Part shown: one piece after another, positions 51,119 through 59,990 of the stretch | Position numbering within the stretch: position 1 is the stretch's first letter | How the letters are laid out: every line of letters starts with the position of its first letter | From: Nitrosopumilus sp. | GTDB lineage: Archaea; Thermoproteota; Nitrososphaeria; Nitrososphaerales; Nitrosopumilaceae | Direction: 5' to 3' | Assembly: GCA_965205425.1 (NCBI GenBank) | Contig: CBDBGZ010000009.1 | Location: 640,001 to 704,000 of the forward strand | DNA length: 64,000 nt | Program-made: the position numbers and the translations under genes | The notes under the pieces: model-generated | Seen by the model: only the letters and a program-made list of their open reading frames with translations | What the model was told of the DNA's origin: nothing | Databases searched by the model: none

Positions 51119-51436
51119 TTATGTGTAATCACGCCAGGTGTATTTACATTTCTGACATCGGTAAAATCTAGTTGTAGGTTCATCAGCACTTCGGGTTTGG
51201 AACATCCAACCAACTGCCTCATCATGACCACATTTTTCACAGTCAATTTTTACTGTTGGATTTGTGTCTTCTCCTTCATCTCCCTCAAAAGCTAATAAGG
51301 AAAAATCTGGTTCTTCTTCAGCAGGAATTTTTTTTGTAGGTTTTGATTTTCCACCTTCAGCATATCCACATTTAGAACATTGAAGGCCTGAGCCATTATT
51401 TTTTAATTTGACCTCACATTTGGGGCAAAACTTCAA
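51119..51436 (-). CDS. tfs: transcription factor S
   Basis: Two Zn ribbons, QTRSADEP acidic hairpin. Confidence 0.94.
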   Translation of the reverse strand: MKFCPKCEVKLKNNGSGLQCSKCGYAEGGKSKPTKKIPAEEEPDFSLLAFEGDEGEDTNPTVKIDCEKCGHDEAVGWMFQTRSADEPTTRFYRCQKCKYTWRDYT

Positions 51437-51438
51437 AT

Positions 51439-51717
51439 CTAATTTACCTTAATTTTAGAATGGAATAGTTGATTGAACTCTTGAGACATTTTGATTGCTG
51501 TATCTGTTGCTTTTTTAATTTCACCAAGTGGTTTTGAACGTGAATTTACTCTCATCCAACATTCATTGGTAAGAGGATGTTTTACAATGACACCTGCAAA
51601 ATCAGTACTTGATGCTTTTAGTAGCTCATGCTGAATAATGTATAAAATTCCGATATCAGTTTCGGTGATTGAAAGGCTGATTTCTTTAGGTTCAGAACTG
51701 ATCACTTGTGCGTTCAT
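51439..51717 (-). CDS. rpoL: RNA polymerase subunit L (Rpo11)
   Basis: FAGVIVKHPL motif; rpoL-tfs-pcn order. Confidence 0.8.
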   Translation of the reverse strand: MNAQVISSEPKEISLSITETDIGILYIIQHELLKASSTDFAGVIVKHPLTNECWMRVNSRSKPLGEIKKATDTAIKMSQEFNQLFHSKIKVN

Positions 51718-51768
51718 GTATTCAGAAAAAGCACTTATTGCGGATATAAATCATTATGAACGGGAATA

Positions 51769-52305
51769 ATGGGAGAAAGTAAGATTTCAGCGATCGAATT
51801 AGTAAAATCAAAGGATGAGTACTCATCTGATGAAAATATTGAGATAAATGTTCAATTTTCAGTCGAAGGTGACCTTAGAAATGCTTTCAATGAGGCTAAT
51901 TGGACCAAAGCCTACAACAACAATGATGTTTCATTCAAATTGAAATTTGGTATTAAATTAACGACTGGTGGATTAAGAAAGAAGGAATTGGGAAGAACTA
52001 TGGATACTTATCGAAAGGCATCAATATTTTGGACAAGAAATCCAAAACTGGTCAATCCAATGAAAGACAGACGAATCTGGGTTCAGGTGGCCAAAAACTT
52101 TGAGCCATTTATCAGACTATCAGAAGAAGAAGTAAGACAAGAATTATTTGATTTTAATGAAAAATTTGTCTTCAAAGCATCAGATTTGGGAAAAGGAACT
52201 CATAAGATAAGTGCTGAAACTTTTGCTTCTTGGCAGAAACATGATTTTACAGAAACTGGAAGTATCAAAAATAGCTCAAGTGATTTAGAGATCACCATCA
52301 ATTAG
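51769..52305 (+). CDS. hypothetical protein (its 3' end carries the island attachment site)
   Basis: 178-aa ORF; stop codon lies inside the TCAATTAGGG repeat. Confidence 0.8.
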   Translation: MGESKISAIELVKSKDEYSSDENIEINVQFSVEGDLRNAFNEANWTKAYNNNDVSFKLKFGIKLTTGGLRKKELGRTMDTYRKASIFWTRNPKLVNPMKDRRIWVQVAKNFEPFIRLSEEEVRQELFDFNEKFVFKASDLGKGTHKISAETFASWQKHDFTETGSIKNSSSDLEITIN

Positions 52306-52373
52306 GGTTAGGCTCAAGATTTACTAAAAATAACGACTAGGGATTTTTAACAGTAATTGAATTATCTGTCTTG

Positions 52374-52541
52374 ATGGCAGTTAGAATAAGTTTTGAAAAT
52401 TCAGAACAAGCTTTGCAGGAATATCTTGACTCTTGTTATGCTGTGTCACATAGTACTGCAACTGTTAACGGTTACAAGAATGCAATAACAGGAAAGACAA
52501 AAGGATTTAGAATATTTCTCAAGGAAAGATACGATTGTGAT
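52374..52541 (+). pseudogene. N-terminal fragment of a probable tyrosine recombinase/integrase, truncated by IS5
   Basis: EYLDSCYAVSHSTATVNGYKNAI...FRIFLKERY resembles the integrase core-binding domain; frame is cut at the IS end. Confidence 0.6.
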
Positions 52542-53424
52542 GGCCTTGTAGAAACCATAATAAAATAACAAAATCTAATTTTCTAATCCTGTAAGCATTG
52601 TATGCAATTAACCTGTACAACATCTCATTGTCCTGAGTTGTAACATTTCTTGATGTGACATCTCCTGACATTATCTGTTTGATCACAAAAAAGATTGTTT
52701 CAGATTTGTTTCTCTGATGGTACAATTGTACAGGAAAGTTCCTCTTCATCTCCTTTCTATGAATTCCACTGGTTCTGTAAATTGGAACTGTTCCATATCG
52801 AGTTGGAATTATTGCAGCTGTGTTGATCTGTTCTGCACCAACATGGTTATTCTCATCATCAAAACCCATGTCACCTAACACAATATCAACTGGAACAATA
52901 TTGTTGGTTTTGTACAACAATGGCAGAAAATCAGGATTATCATGTTGCATGTTGTGGTGTGTCATGACACAGCAAACAAGCTGTGTATTCATGTCAGCAC
53001 AAACAACAACTTTTAGGAAATTCCTGCGTAACTGTACTCTTTTTGTATAATAGTATGATGCTGTACTGTAACTGAATCCGCTACCATCAATTCCAGCTAG
53101 AACCAGTCTGACTTTTTTGTACAAAATGAATTCCTGCAACATTTTATGTAACAGATTTCCTTCCAGTCTTGCAGCTGCCTTTTGTAGTGTGGTGTAATGT
53201 GGAATGGTAGACAAACCAAGATATTCCTGAATTCCTACACATTCTTCTAAAAATTCTGTAAATCTTCTATAACTCTTTGATTCGTACTGTCGTATTGCCA
53301 AGAGTATGAGATGTGTCCAAACAGAATAGATATGATTTGATTTTGGATGTAAGAACCTGGGAATTCTGCATCTGGTGATTATATTGAGTAGTGTTTTGCA
53401 CATTTTGACGTATGATGAGACCAT
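52519..53424 (-). CDS. IS5-family DDE transposase
   Basis: IPHYTTL, GIDGSG, GDMGFD, YHQRNKSET (YREK-like). Confidence 0.9.
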   Translation of the reverse strand: MVSSYVKMCKTLLNIITRCRIPRFLHPKSNHIYSVWTHLILLAIRQYESKSYRRFTEFLEECVGIQEYLGLSTIPHYTTLQKAAARLEGNLLHKMLQEFILYKKVRLVLAGIDGSGFSYSTASYYYTKRVQLRRNFLKVVVCADMNTQLVCCVMTHHNMQHDNPDFLPLLYKTNNIVPVDIVLGDMGFDDENNHVGAEQINTAAIIPTRYGTVPIYRTSGIHRKEMKRNFPVQLYHQRNKSETIFFVIKQIMSGDVTSRNVTTQDNEMLYRLIAYNAYRIRKLDFVILLWFLQGHHNRIFP

Positions 53425-53512
53425 ACTGTAATCTGCAAATACAATCCTAATGGATCTAAATTAGCTAGAATGTATCACAATTGGGTTAAAATCAGATGGT
53501 TTCTACAAGGCC
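52542..53512 (-). mobile_element. IS5-family insertion sequence (971 bp)
   Basis: Perfect 17-bp IRs GGCCTTGTAGAAACCAT (52542-52558 / 53496-53512); no flanking target duplication. Confidence 0.9.
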
Positions 53513-53664
53513 GTTCAAACCCAAAGATTTCAGTGATAATTAGTAGAATTATTGAGAAAAGAAAAAATGCACAAGTTCTAAGTTAATTTAAAGATCTCAG
53601 AATTGACACCCCCAATGTTTTTGGGGTTTCTGCTTGCAATGGATTTTTCATTTTCATCAAAAGA

Positions 53665-54657
53665 TCAAACTTTTAATTTTTGTGTTTTATTTTCAATATC
53701 TTTAGAAATATCACTCATAATTTTTGAAAATTTCTTTAGATCAATAATCAATTTTCCACGTAATGTCACATCTTCACCTTCAATAGCAGCGCCTGTAACA
53801 ATCATTAACTTTCCGGGTAAAATTACTGGATGTCCTACCCTAGCAATCACCATTGAACGCATAGTAGGATATACTTCTTTTATGTGAAATTTTTCATCAG
53901 GTTCAACAGAAATCAAATCCATTAATTGTCGTCGTCGAGTGTCTTTTTCAAAAGATAAGAAACTCTCAGACATTATTCTCAAAAAGCTTACTACATCTTT
54001 TTCACCTTTGCCAATTTTTTCAGCTGCAGAAATGATTCGTTTTCTATTTTTTGATGGAATTTGTTCTACAATTGTTTCAGTACTAACTTCAAGATGGAAA
54101 GGGAATTCAATATCTCTAACAGTAAATTGATCAAATACTTTTTTCCACAGGTTCGCATAATCTAATGCAATCTCAATATCAGTCTCAATTCTTTCTTTTC
54201 CAAAGTGTTTGGAGGTTTTATTTATTCTAGATGAAACTAAGGCGTTTTTTAGATCCTCAGAAACTTTGACTCGGACTTTTATGAATACAGTACCAGATTT
54301 AACATCACGAATTAATTTCCCAAAATCAATTTTTGCTTTGTCCTTTTCGACGGTTATGATTCCCAAATTTACAAGATTTTCATTTTGAGGAATTCCATGC
54401 CCATATATCTCAATTATGTTCTCAAATTCAAGAGGTTTCTTCGTAATGCTTTTGATTTTGTTTAAGATGTCTCCGCTTCGTGAACTTTCATCCCCTAAAG
54501 AGAGCATAAAAGCAAATTCAAATTCTGATGCTCTATGATAAAATGTAGCTCCTTTGTGTATTATTATTTGAGATTTAATCAGATGTTGTATTCCACTATT
54601 TGCAACACTACCCAAAGTATTGAATAATGAACTCAGGAGAATAGGATCAATAGACAA
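53665..54657 (-). CDS. hypothetical protein (330 aa), island cargo
   Basis: Long ORF 3 nt downstream of the 264-aa gene; no recognisable family. Confidence 0.8.
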   Translation of the reverse strand: MSIDPILLSSLFNTLGSVANSGIQHLIKSQIIIHKGATFYHRASEFEFAFMLSLGDESSRSGDILNKIKSITKKPLEFENIIEIYGHGIPQNENLVNLGIITVEKDKAKIDFGKLIRDVKSGTVFIKVRVKVSEDLKNALVSSRINKTSKHFGKERIETDIEIALDYANLWKKVFDQFTVRDIEFPFHLEVSTETIVEQIPSKNRKRIISAAEKIGKGEKDVVSFLRIMSESFLSFEKDTRRRQLMDLISVEPDEKFHIKEVYPTMRSMVIARVGHPVILPGKLMIVTGAAIEGEDVTLRGKLIIDLKKFSKIMSDISKDIENKTQKLKV

Positions 54658-54660
54658 ACT

Positions 54661-55455
54661 CTAAGAAACTTTTGGTTCAAGAAGAATCGTAGATTGCCCC
54701 TTCAAATCAGAAGCAATAGGAACTTCTAGACTTTCTTTTTGTTCAATTTGAATTGGGACATCAATTAATTTTGTTTCATATTTATTTCTCATAGCATCGT
54801 AATATTCAAATCCCATTGAGATCATTCCATAACCTTTTCCTTTTACAATAATTTTTGGAGTAACACTTTGAATAGAATTAACAAAGAGGGGGGTTTCATC
54901 ATCAATATTTTCAACAGTTTGTTTTAATGTGATTTTCATTTCTTTAGCATTAACAACTTCAATAAAGGGTGCAAAATTTAGTATTCTACCCTTCCCTTTA
55001 CTTACTAAATTAAAACTCAATTGAGGGAGCATTGGGTTATCCTTTGTAACAACAATACCACTATTGTTCAAATTTTCTACTGCAATAATTGGTCTTATCA
55101 AATTAGTCTTTAGTGAAATTGTTTCTAATGTTTCATTATTTTTCACAAAGTCGATTTCAAAATTTAATTCGCGCTCTTGTTCTGGAACCAATTCATAAAA
55201 ACAACCAAATCCAATAAAGCCATCAATTAACAACATGTCTTTATCAACTACAGCTTTTCCTATTTTGATACTTTCCTGCGTTAAGACTTTTTCTTCAACG
55301 TTTAGAATTCGGTGTAAATTGATATCAGCTTCTGCTTTGATTAAAATTTGATCAAAATCAAAGTTTTTGTCCCATTTTACCCAAGATAGTATTTCTTCTT
55401 TGGGAAGAGCCCATTCAGAAATGTGTTTTTCAAGAATTTGTAATTTTGGGGCCAT
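54661..55455 (-). CDS. hypothetical beta-rich protein (264 aa), island cargo
   Basis: Long ORF, AGGAG upstream of ATG; alternating hydrophobic pattern; no recognisable family. Confidence 0.8.
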   Translation of the reverse strand: MAPKLQILEKHISEWALPKEEILSWVKWDKNFDFDQILIKAEADINLHRILNVEEKVLTQESIKIGKAVVDKDMLLIDGFIGFGCFYELVPEQERELNFEIDFVKNNETLETISLKTNLIRPIIAVENLNNSGIVVTKDNPMLPQLSFNLVSKGKGRILNFAPFIEVVNAKEMKITLKQTVENIDDETPLFVNSIQSVTPKIIVKGKGYGMISMGFEYYDAMRNKYETKLIDVPIQIEQKESLEVPIASDLKGQSTILLEPKVS

Positions 55456-55508
55456 ATCATATTCTCCTAAGTAGGTCTAAATGAAGATTATCGTGTATTC
55501 TATAAAAT

Positions 55509-56550
55509 TGTTCTTTCCAGAAATTATTTCGTGTCACTTTCATGAGTAATTCCTCCATAGAATGCTTGGGTCTATGAGTATTTCGTTTGTTATCATCTTG
55601 GAGTGATACGCATCAGATGGTGTCTCCATGTTATCCAAGTCTAGTGCGCCATGAACTCTAATGTGATTGTACCAATGCATAAACTGCTCCACTGACTCAA
55701 AGTATTCTATTTTACACTCAAAGATATCCCAGAACTTTTCTAGCTTACCATTTGTTTGTGGATGTCTCACTCTTGTACGAGAGTGCTTTACGTGATGTCT
55801 CATTAGTTGCTGCTCAAAGTCTACTGGCTTGTTATGATCAAGAGTATTGACATTTGATGTGAACTGTTTTCCATTATCAGATAGTACGGATGCTGGTCTA
55901 CCGTGATTCTTTATTGCATCAGATAGTACTGCAGAAGAATTCACAGATGTTGCCTCATCATACACTCCGAAACCCGTGATAAATCGTGAGGCATCATCTT
56001 CAAATGCAATTAGTTGTTTTCCTGCCCAGCGTGAATCATGTATTGTGTGCCAGTCAGTATGCCACAGTGAATTTGAATATTCACGTTCATACCTGATCCA
56101 CTTTCTTCTCATCTTTTTCCGTGGTTGCTCAACTGATAATCCTTCATCTAGCATAATCTTGTGGATGCGATTGTGGTTTATCTTGGTATTGTACAATTTT
56201 GATATGATTTTCTCAAGGTATAGTGCGTTTGTATGAAATTTTTCTTGAACTTGTTTGACTAGCTCTATCTCGTGTACAGTGACTGGCTTTTTTGGACGCC
56301 CTGGTCTTTTGAGTGTGGGAATCTTTTTGGTTTTTTTGTACTGAGAGTAGACTTGTTGTACTCTTCTAGGCGTTATCTTGAGGATTACTGAAATATCTAA
56401 ATTCTTGACTTTTTCATTTTTAGATTGTATAATCCACCTGATCTTATTCTCATCTAACTTTACCATAGGTATGCCACGATACCCACGCATACGATAGTAT
56501 GGGAATGATGCTCTCCTAGTTAAGGGGTGAAATAATTTCCGGAAAAGATA
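55509..56550 (-). mobile_element. IS481-family insertion sequence
   Basis: 22-bp imperfect IRs TGTTCTTTCCAGAAATTATTTC / TATCTTTTCCGGAAATTATTTC (18/22); no clear target duplication. Confidence 0.82.
55540..56466 (-). CDS. IS481-family transposase (rve integrase core)
   Basis: LWHTDW, EDDASR, LSDNGKQF, PQTNGKLEKF; start at MVKLDE preferred because the longer ORF starts outside the IR. Confidence 0.9.
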   Translation of the reverse strand: MVKLDENKIRWIIQSKNEKVKNLDISVILKITPRRVQQVYSQYKKTKKIPTLKRPGRPKKPVTVHEIELVKQVQEKFHTNALYLEKIISKLYNTKINHNRIHKIMLDEGLSVEQPRKKMRRKWIRYEREYSNSLWHTDWHTIHDSRWAGKQLIAFEDDASRFITGFGVYDEATSVNSSAVLSDAIKNHGRPASVLSDNGKQFTSNVNTLDHNKPVDFEQQLMRHHVKHSRTRVRHPQTNGKLEKFWDIFECKIEYFESVEQFMHWYNHIRVHGALDLDNMETPSDAYHSKMITNEILIDPSILWRNYS

Positions 56551-56605
56551 ATACAAGTCATCATGAAAGTATTAAAAAGACTAGATCTCGTAAGATGTGA
56601 TAGTA

Positions 56606-57298
56606 ATGCTTGAGGGAAAGAAGTATTCGTCAATTAATGCGGCACAACTTCTAGGTCGCCCACTTAATGATATTGAATTAAAAGCTGATCCAGGACCACT
56701 TTTCGTAGAAGGTTCTTTAGATATTCCATTACCATGCCCAAAAGTATCAATCATTGGTTCCAGAAAAGCATCTACACAAGGAATTGCAAATGCTCAAAAA
56801 ATTGCAAAAGTGCTCATCGATAATCAAGTAATTATTGTTAGTGGACTTGCTGAAGGAATTGATACTGCAGCACATGTAACAGCATTAAACATGAATGGGA
56901 AAACTATTGCTGTAATTGGTACACCGTTAGACAAAGCATATCCAAAAATAAATTATGAACTTCAACAAGAATTAATGAAAAGTCATCTAGTAGTTTCACA
57001 ATTCCCTACAGGTTATCCAATTACTGGGAAAAATTTTGTAATACGAAATAGTACAATGGCACTTATTTCTGATGCTTCAGTAATTGTAGAAGCTGGAAAA
57101 ACAAGTGGTTCAAAACATCAAGGGTGGGAAACTCTCAGAATGGGAAGACCATTATTCATATGGGAATCTGTTGTGAACGACAAAGAATTAGATTGGCCTA
57201 CAGAAATGATTGAACATGGAGCAGTAGAACTATCTGATCCATCAGATATACTTGAAGTACTACCAACACGTTTTGAAGTAATTGATGTATTTCAATAA
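56606..57298 (+). CDS. dprA: DprA/Smf-like protein (Rossmann domain only); putative ShosA-type antitoxin
   Basis: IIGSRKAS, VSGLAEGIDTAAH, TIAVIGT, FVIRN, VEAGKTSGS. Confidence 0.9.
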   Translation: MLEGKKYSSINAAQLLGRPLNDIELKADPGPLFVEGSLDIPLPCPKVSIIGSRKASTQGIANAQKIAKVLIDNQVIIVSGLAEGIDTAAHVTALNMNGKTIAVIGTPLDKAYPKINYELQQELMKSHLVVSQFPTGYPITGKNFVIRNSTMALISDASVIVEAGKTSGSKHQGWETLRMGRPLFIWESVVNDKELDWPTEMIEHGAVELSDPSDILEVLPTRFEVIDVFQ

Positions 57299-57953
57299 TG
57301 AAAATTAATAATATTGATTTTGGATCTCTTCTTACATATTCCCTCGTGGAAATACAAAGGAAGAGGCTCGTTCAAGAACATTTAAAGCAAAATTGAAGAG
57401 TGATGGATATTTAGAAAAAGAAAACATTCTGATGACAGAATACATAGCAAAAGGAATTAAGAATAATTTAGAAAAACTTCCTTTTGCTCATTTCTTTAAA
57501 GCAAATTCTATCCTTATTCCAACTCCAAGTAGTTCTCTTACTAAAGCAAATACACTTTGGGTTCCACAACGTTTAGCAACTGCTTTAGTGAATAATGGTC
57601 TAGGAAAGAAAGTCAGTTCATGTCTTGAACGTACAAGTCCTTTACGAAAATCCCATACAAGCTCAAATGTAAACAGACCAAAAGCTCAAGAACATTATGA
57701 TACGATGGCAGTTCAAAAAGAACTTTCTGAACCTGATGAAATTTTACTAATAGATGATTTCATAACCAGAGGATCTACATTCATTGGAGCTGCAAATAGA
57801 CTGAGAGATGCATTCCCAAATGCCAATATTCGAGCATTTGCTGGAATAAAGACAATAAGCAGACCAGAGAATTTTAAGAGAATTTATGATCCATGTATAG
57901 GAAAAATTGAATTTGATGGTGTAGATTCATTCAACGATTGTATTGAAGAATAA
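57298..57953 (+). pseudogene. ComF-like phosphoribosyltransferase (putative toxin) with a 1-bp frameshift near 57341
   Basis: ATG 57298 overlaps the dprA stop; MKINNIDFGSLLTYS then a -1 shift restores PRGNTKEE...LKSDG; PRPP loop LLIDDFITRGST; LIPTPSS. Confidence 0.82.
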
Positions 57954-57978
57954 AATTTCATATTATTTAGTCATGAAA

Positions 57979-58254
57979 TTAGAGATCTAAATTACAATTC
58001 ATACAATACCATTGCCCATCAGCAGTCTTATCTCTCATCTTTTTTGGATGTTTACAATTTGGAACTAATTCTTTTTTGATTATATCCAAAACTCGGATAT
58101 TGTCTTTATGACAGTCTGAAAGTGTCTTTGCAAGTTTGCCTATACTATCATCTCCAATATTCCAGGATTTTGATGGGTCACTCATGGCAGTATGCATTCT
58201 TGTTTCATAATCAATTAGAAAATCAAGTAATTGTAAGGATTTTTTGACTGTCAT
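57979..58254 (-). CDS. hypothetical protein with C-terminal Zn-ribbon
   Basis: CKH...WYCMNC at C-terminus; last gene of the island. Confidence 0.7.
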   Translation of the reverse strand: MTVKKSLQLLDFLIDYETRMHTAMSDPSKSWNIGDDSIGKLAKTLSDCHKDNIRVLDIIKKELVPNCKHPKKMRDKTADGQWYCMNCNLDL

Positions 58255-58421
58255 ATACTCAATATCAGATTATGATAAAAAATGAAATATTAAAAAAGAA
58301 TTAACTGTAAAATCAGTGTTGTACAGTTACATTTTGAAGCTAAACATGCCTGAAAAAGCGGTTATTATAAAAAAATATTCCAGTCAATTAGGGATATAAG
58401 GAACTTTTTTGGTGAATTAAT

Positions 58422-58574
58422 ATGACAAAATATGATGGTCTGCTAGGACAACCACTTCTTGAAATAGAAGATCCTGATAAAGAAGGCGGCGTAACTTTCA
58501 TTATGAAAGATAATAGATTTTTGTTCATTAAAGTAGTTGATGGAAAAATTGAGACGGTGTCAATTCCAGAATAG
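58422..58574 (+). CDS. 50-aa hypothetical protein
   Basis: Read manually: MTKYDGLLGQPLLEIEDPDKEGGVTFIMKDNRFLFIKVVDGKIETVSIPE*; GGTGA upstream. Confidence 0.72.
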   Translation: MTKYDGLLGQPLLEIEDPDKEGGVTFIMKDNRFLFIKVVDGKIETVSIPE

Positions 58575-58584
58575 GTGAAAATGA

Positions 58585-58731
58585 ATGATAGATGTTGAAG
58601 AATTCAAAATGAAAGAAATTGTAAAAATTGAAGAGTCTGATTCAAATGACGAATTGACAGTAACTTTTACAGATAGTAAAACTATGAAAATCAAAATAGT
58701 TGATGGTAAACTAGTTTCAGAATCTGTTTAA
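58585..58731 (+). CDS. 48-aa hypothetical protein, similar to the preceding ORF
   Basis: Read manually: MIDVEEFKMKEIVKIEESDSNDELTVTFTDSKTMKIKIVDGKLVSESV*; AGGTGA upstream. Confidence 0.68.
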   Translation: MIDVEEFKMKEIVKIEESDSNDELTVTFTDSKTMKIKIVDGKLVSESV

Positions 58732-58732
58732 A

Positions 58733-59227
58733 CTAATTTCTAACATGTTTTTCATAAAATCCGATAGCTAATTCTTGTACTTTAGATTGAATTGAACCAG
58801 GTCTTTCATCTCGAATTTTTTTAATTGCATTATCTGCTGAAAATTTTTTGTATTTGATAAAATAACATGCAAGGATTGTTCCAGCTCGTCCCATTCCTGC
58901 TGCACAATGAACCATTACTGCTTGTTCATTTTTAATTTGTTCATGTATGAAATCAACTGCAGAATCTATTCTGTCCATATCAGGAGCTGTCAAATCAGGA
59001 GTTGGTACATGAAGATATCCAATGTGTTCTACCCAATCATCAGGCAATGCTTGTTCAGTCATGGTAACAATTGATTTTACTCCTTGACTCATGAGCCAAT
59101 CAAATTCATCAGAGCTAGTTGGAATTCCCGAGCCTGCTAATTTTTCTTCAATTAGCCATGAAAAGTTAGTCGGTTTTTTAGTGATTTTTCCATGAACCTT
59201 TCTCCAGATATTTCCAGGTTTACTCAT
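58733..59227 (-). CDS. dual-specificity protein phosphatase
   Basis: VHCAAGMGRAG CX5R motif. Confidence 0.93.
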   Translation of the reverse strand: MSKPGNIWRKVHGKITKKPTNFSWLIEEKLAGSGIPTSSDEFDWLMSQGVKSIVTMTEQALPDDWVEHIGYLHVPTPDLTAPDMDRIDSAVDFIHEQIKNEQAVMVHCAAGMGRAGTILACYFIKYKKFSADNAIKKIRDERPGSIQSKVQELAIGFYEKHVRN

Positions 59228-59267
59228 GTTAGAACTAGGATAATTCTATATTTTTAGTATTGCTAAA

Positions 59268-59930
59268 TTAGATTTTTGATGCTACTGCACGAACAGGTGA
59301 TCCTGTTGCATCTTTTAATTTTAAAGGAAGAATTGTAAAAGAAAATTCTTTTGATTGGATTTTGTTCATGTTTGCTAAATTTTCAACTATCAAAATATTA
59401 TTTTTTGATAAAATATGGTGAACATTAAATGATTCATCTTTTCCAAGATCAATGCTAGGTGAATCAATTCCAACTAGATTGATTTTTTTTGATACAAGGT
59501 ATTTTGCAGATGATGTATCTAATCCAGGATTTTCAGTGAAATAATTCTGTTTTTTTAGATTTTTTTGCCATCCTGTATAGAAAAAAATTGATGAATGGTT
59601 TGGGATTTTTCCATTCTTTTTTTCAAATGTTGTAATATCCGTTTTAGTAATAGATGTATTATTTGATTTTTTGAGTTTAATGAGAATACCTTTTCCGATT
59701 AGTCTATCAAGTGGAATCTGATTAATTTTTAGACCATTTTTAACAAAATGGTATGGTGCGTCAAGATGTGTACCAGTATGTGAGCTCAAGAATAATAATT
59801 CAAGGTTATATCCATTTGTTTTGATATCTGACCATCGAATGAATTGTGGTGTGGGAGAACCAGGAAAACTTGGAATAGATTCAGATATTGTAAGTGACAG
59901 ATCTATTGGTTTCACATCAACAGATTGCAT
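59268..59930 (-). CDS. cyclase family protein (kynurenine formamidase-like)
   Basis: HTGTHLDAPYH, GIDSPSID, GSPVRA. Confidence 0.9.
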   Translation of the reverse strand: MQSVDVKPIDLSLTISESIPSFPGSPTPQFIRWSDIKTNGYNLELLFLSSHTGTHLDAPYHFVKNGLKINQIPLDRLIGKGILIKLKKSNNTSITKTDITTFEKKNGKIPNHSSIFFYTGWQKNLKKQNYFTENPGLDTSSAKYLVSKKINLVGIDSPSIDLGKDESFNVHHILSKNNILIVENLANMNKIQSKEFSFTILPLKLKDATGSPVRAVASKI

Positions 59931-59990
59931 TGGTGATTAATCAGTTTTAAAGAATGAAAGGTTAAATACTGTCTGATGAAAAAACCCCTT

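Larger units (their letters stand above)
52298..58393. mobile_element. decayed integrative genomic island (~6.1 kb)
   Basis: Direct repeat TCAATTAGGG at 52298-52307 and 58384-58393; integrase-like remnant at the left end; contains two IS and accessory genes. Confidence 0.72.

Noticed and set aside
53609..53626. CCCCAA-N5-TTGGGG hairpin in the island
   Set aside because: Only a 6-bp stem; at most a terminator between convergent genes
56467..56556. 30-aa N-terminal extension of the IS481 transposase
   Set aside because: Starts outside and runs through the terminal IR; MVKLDE start fits better
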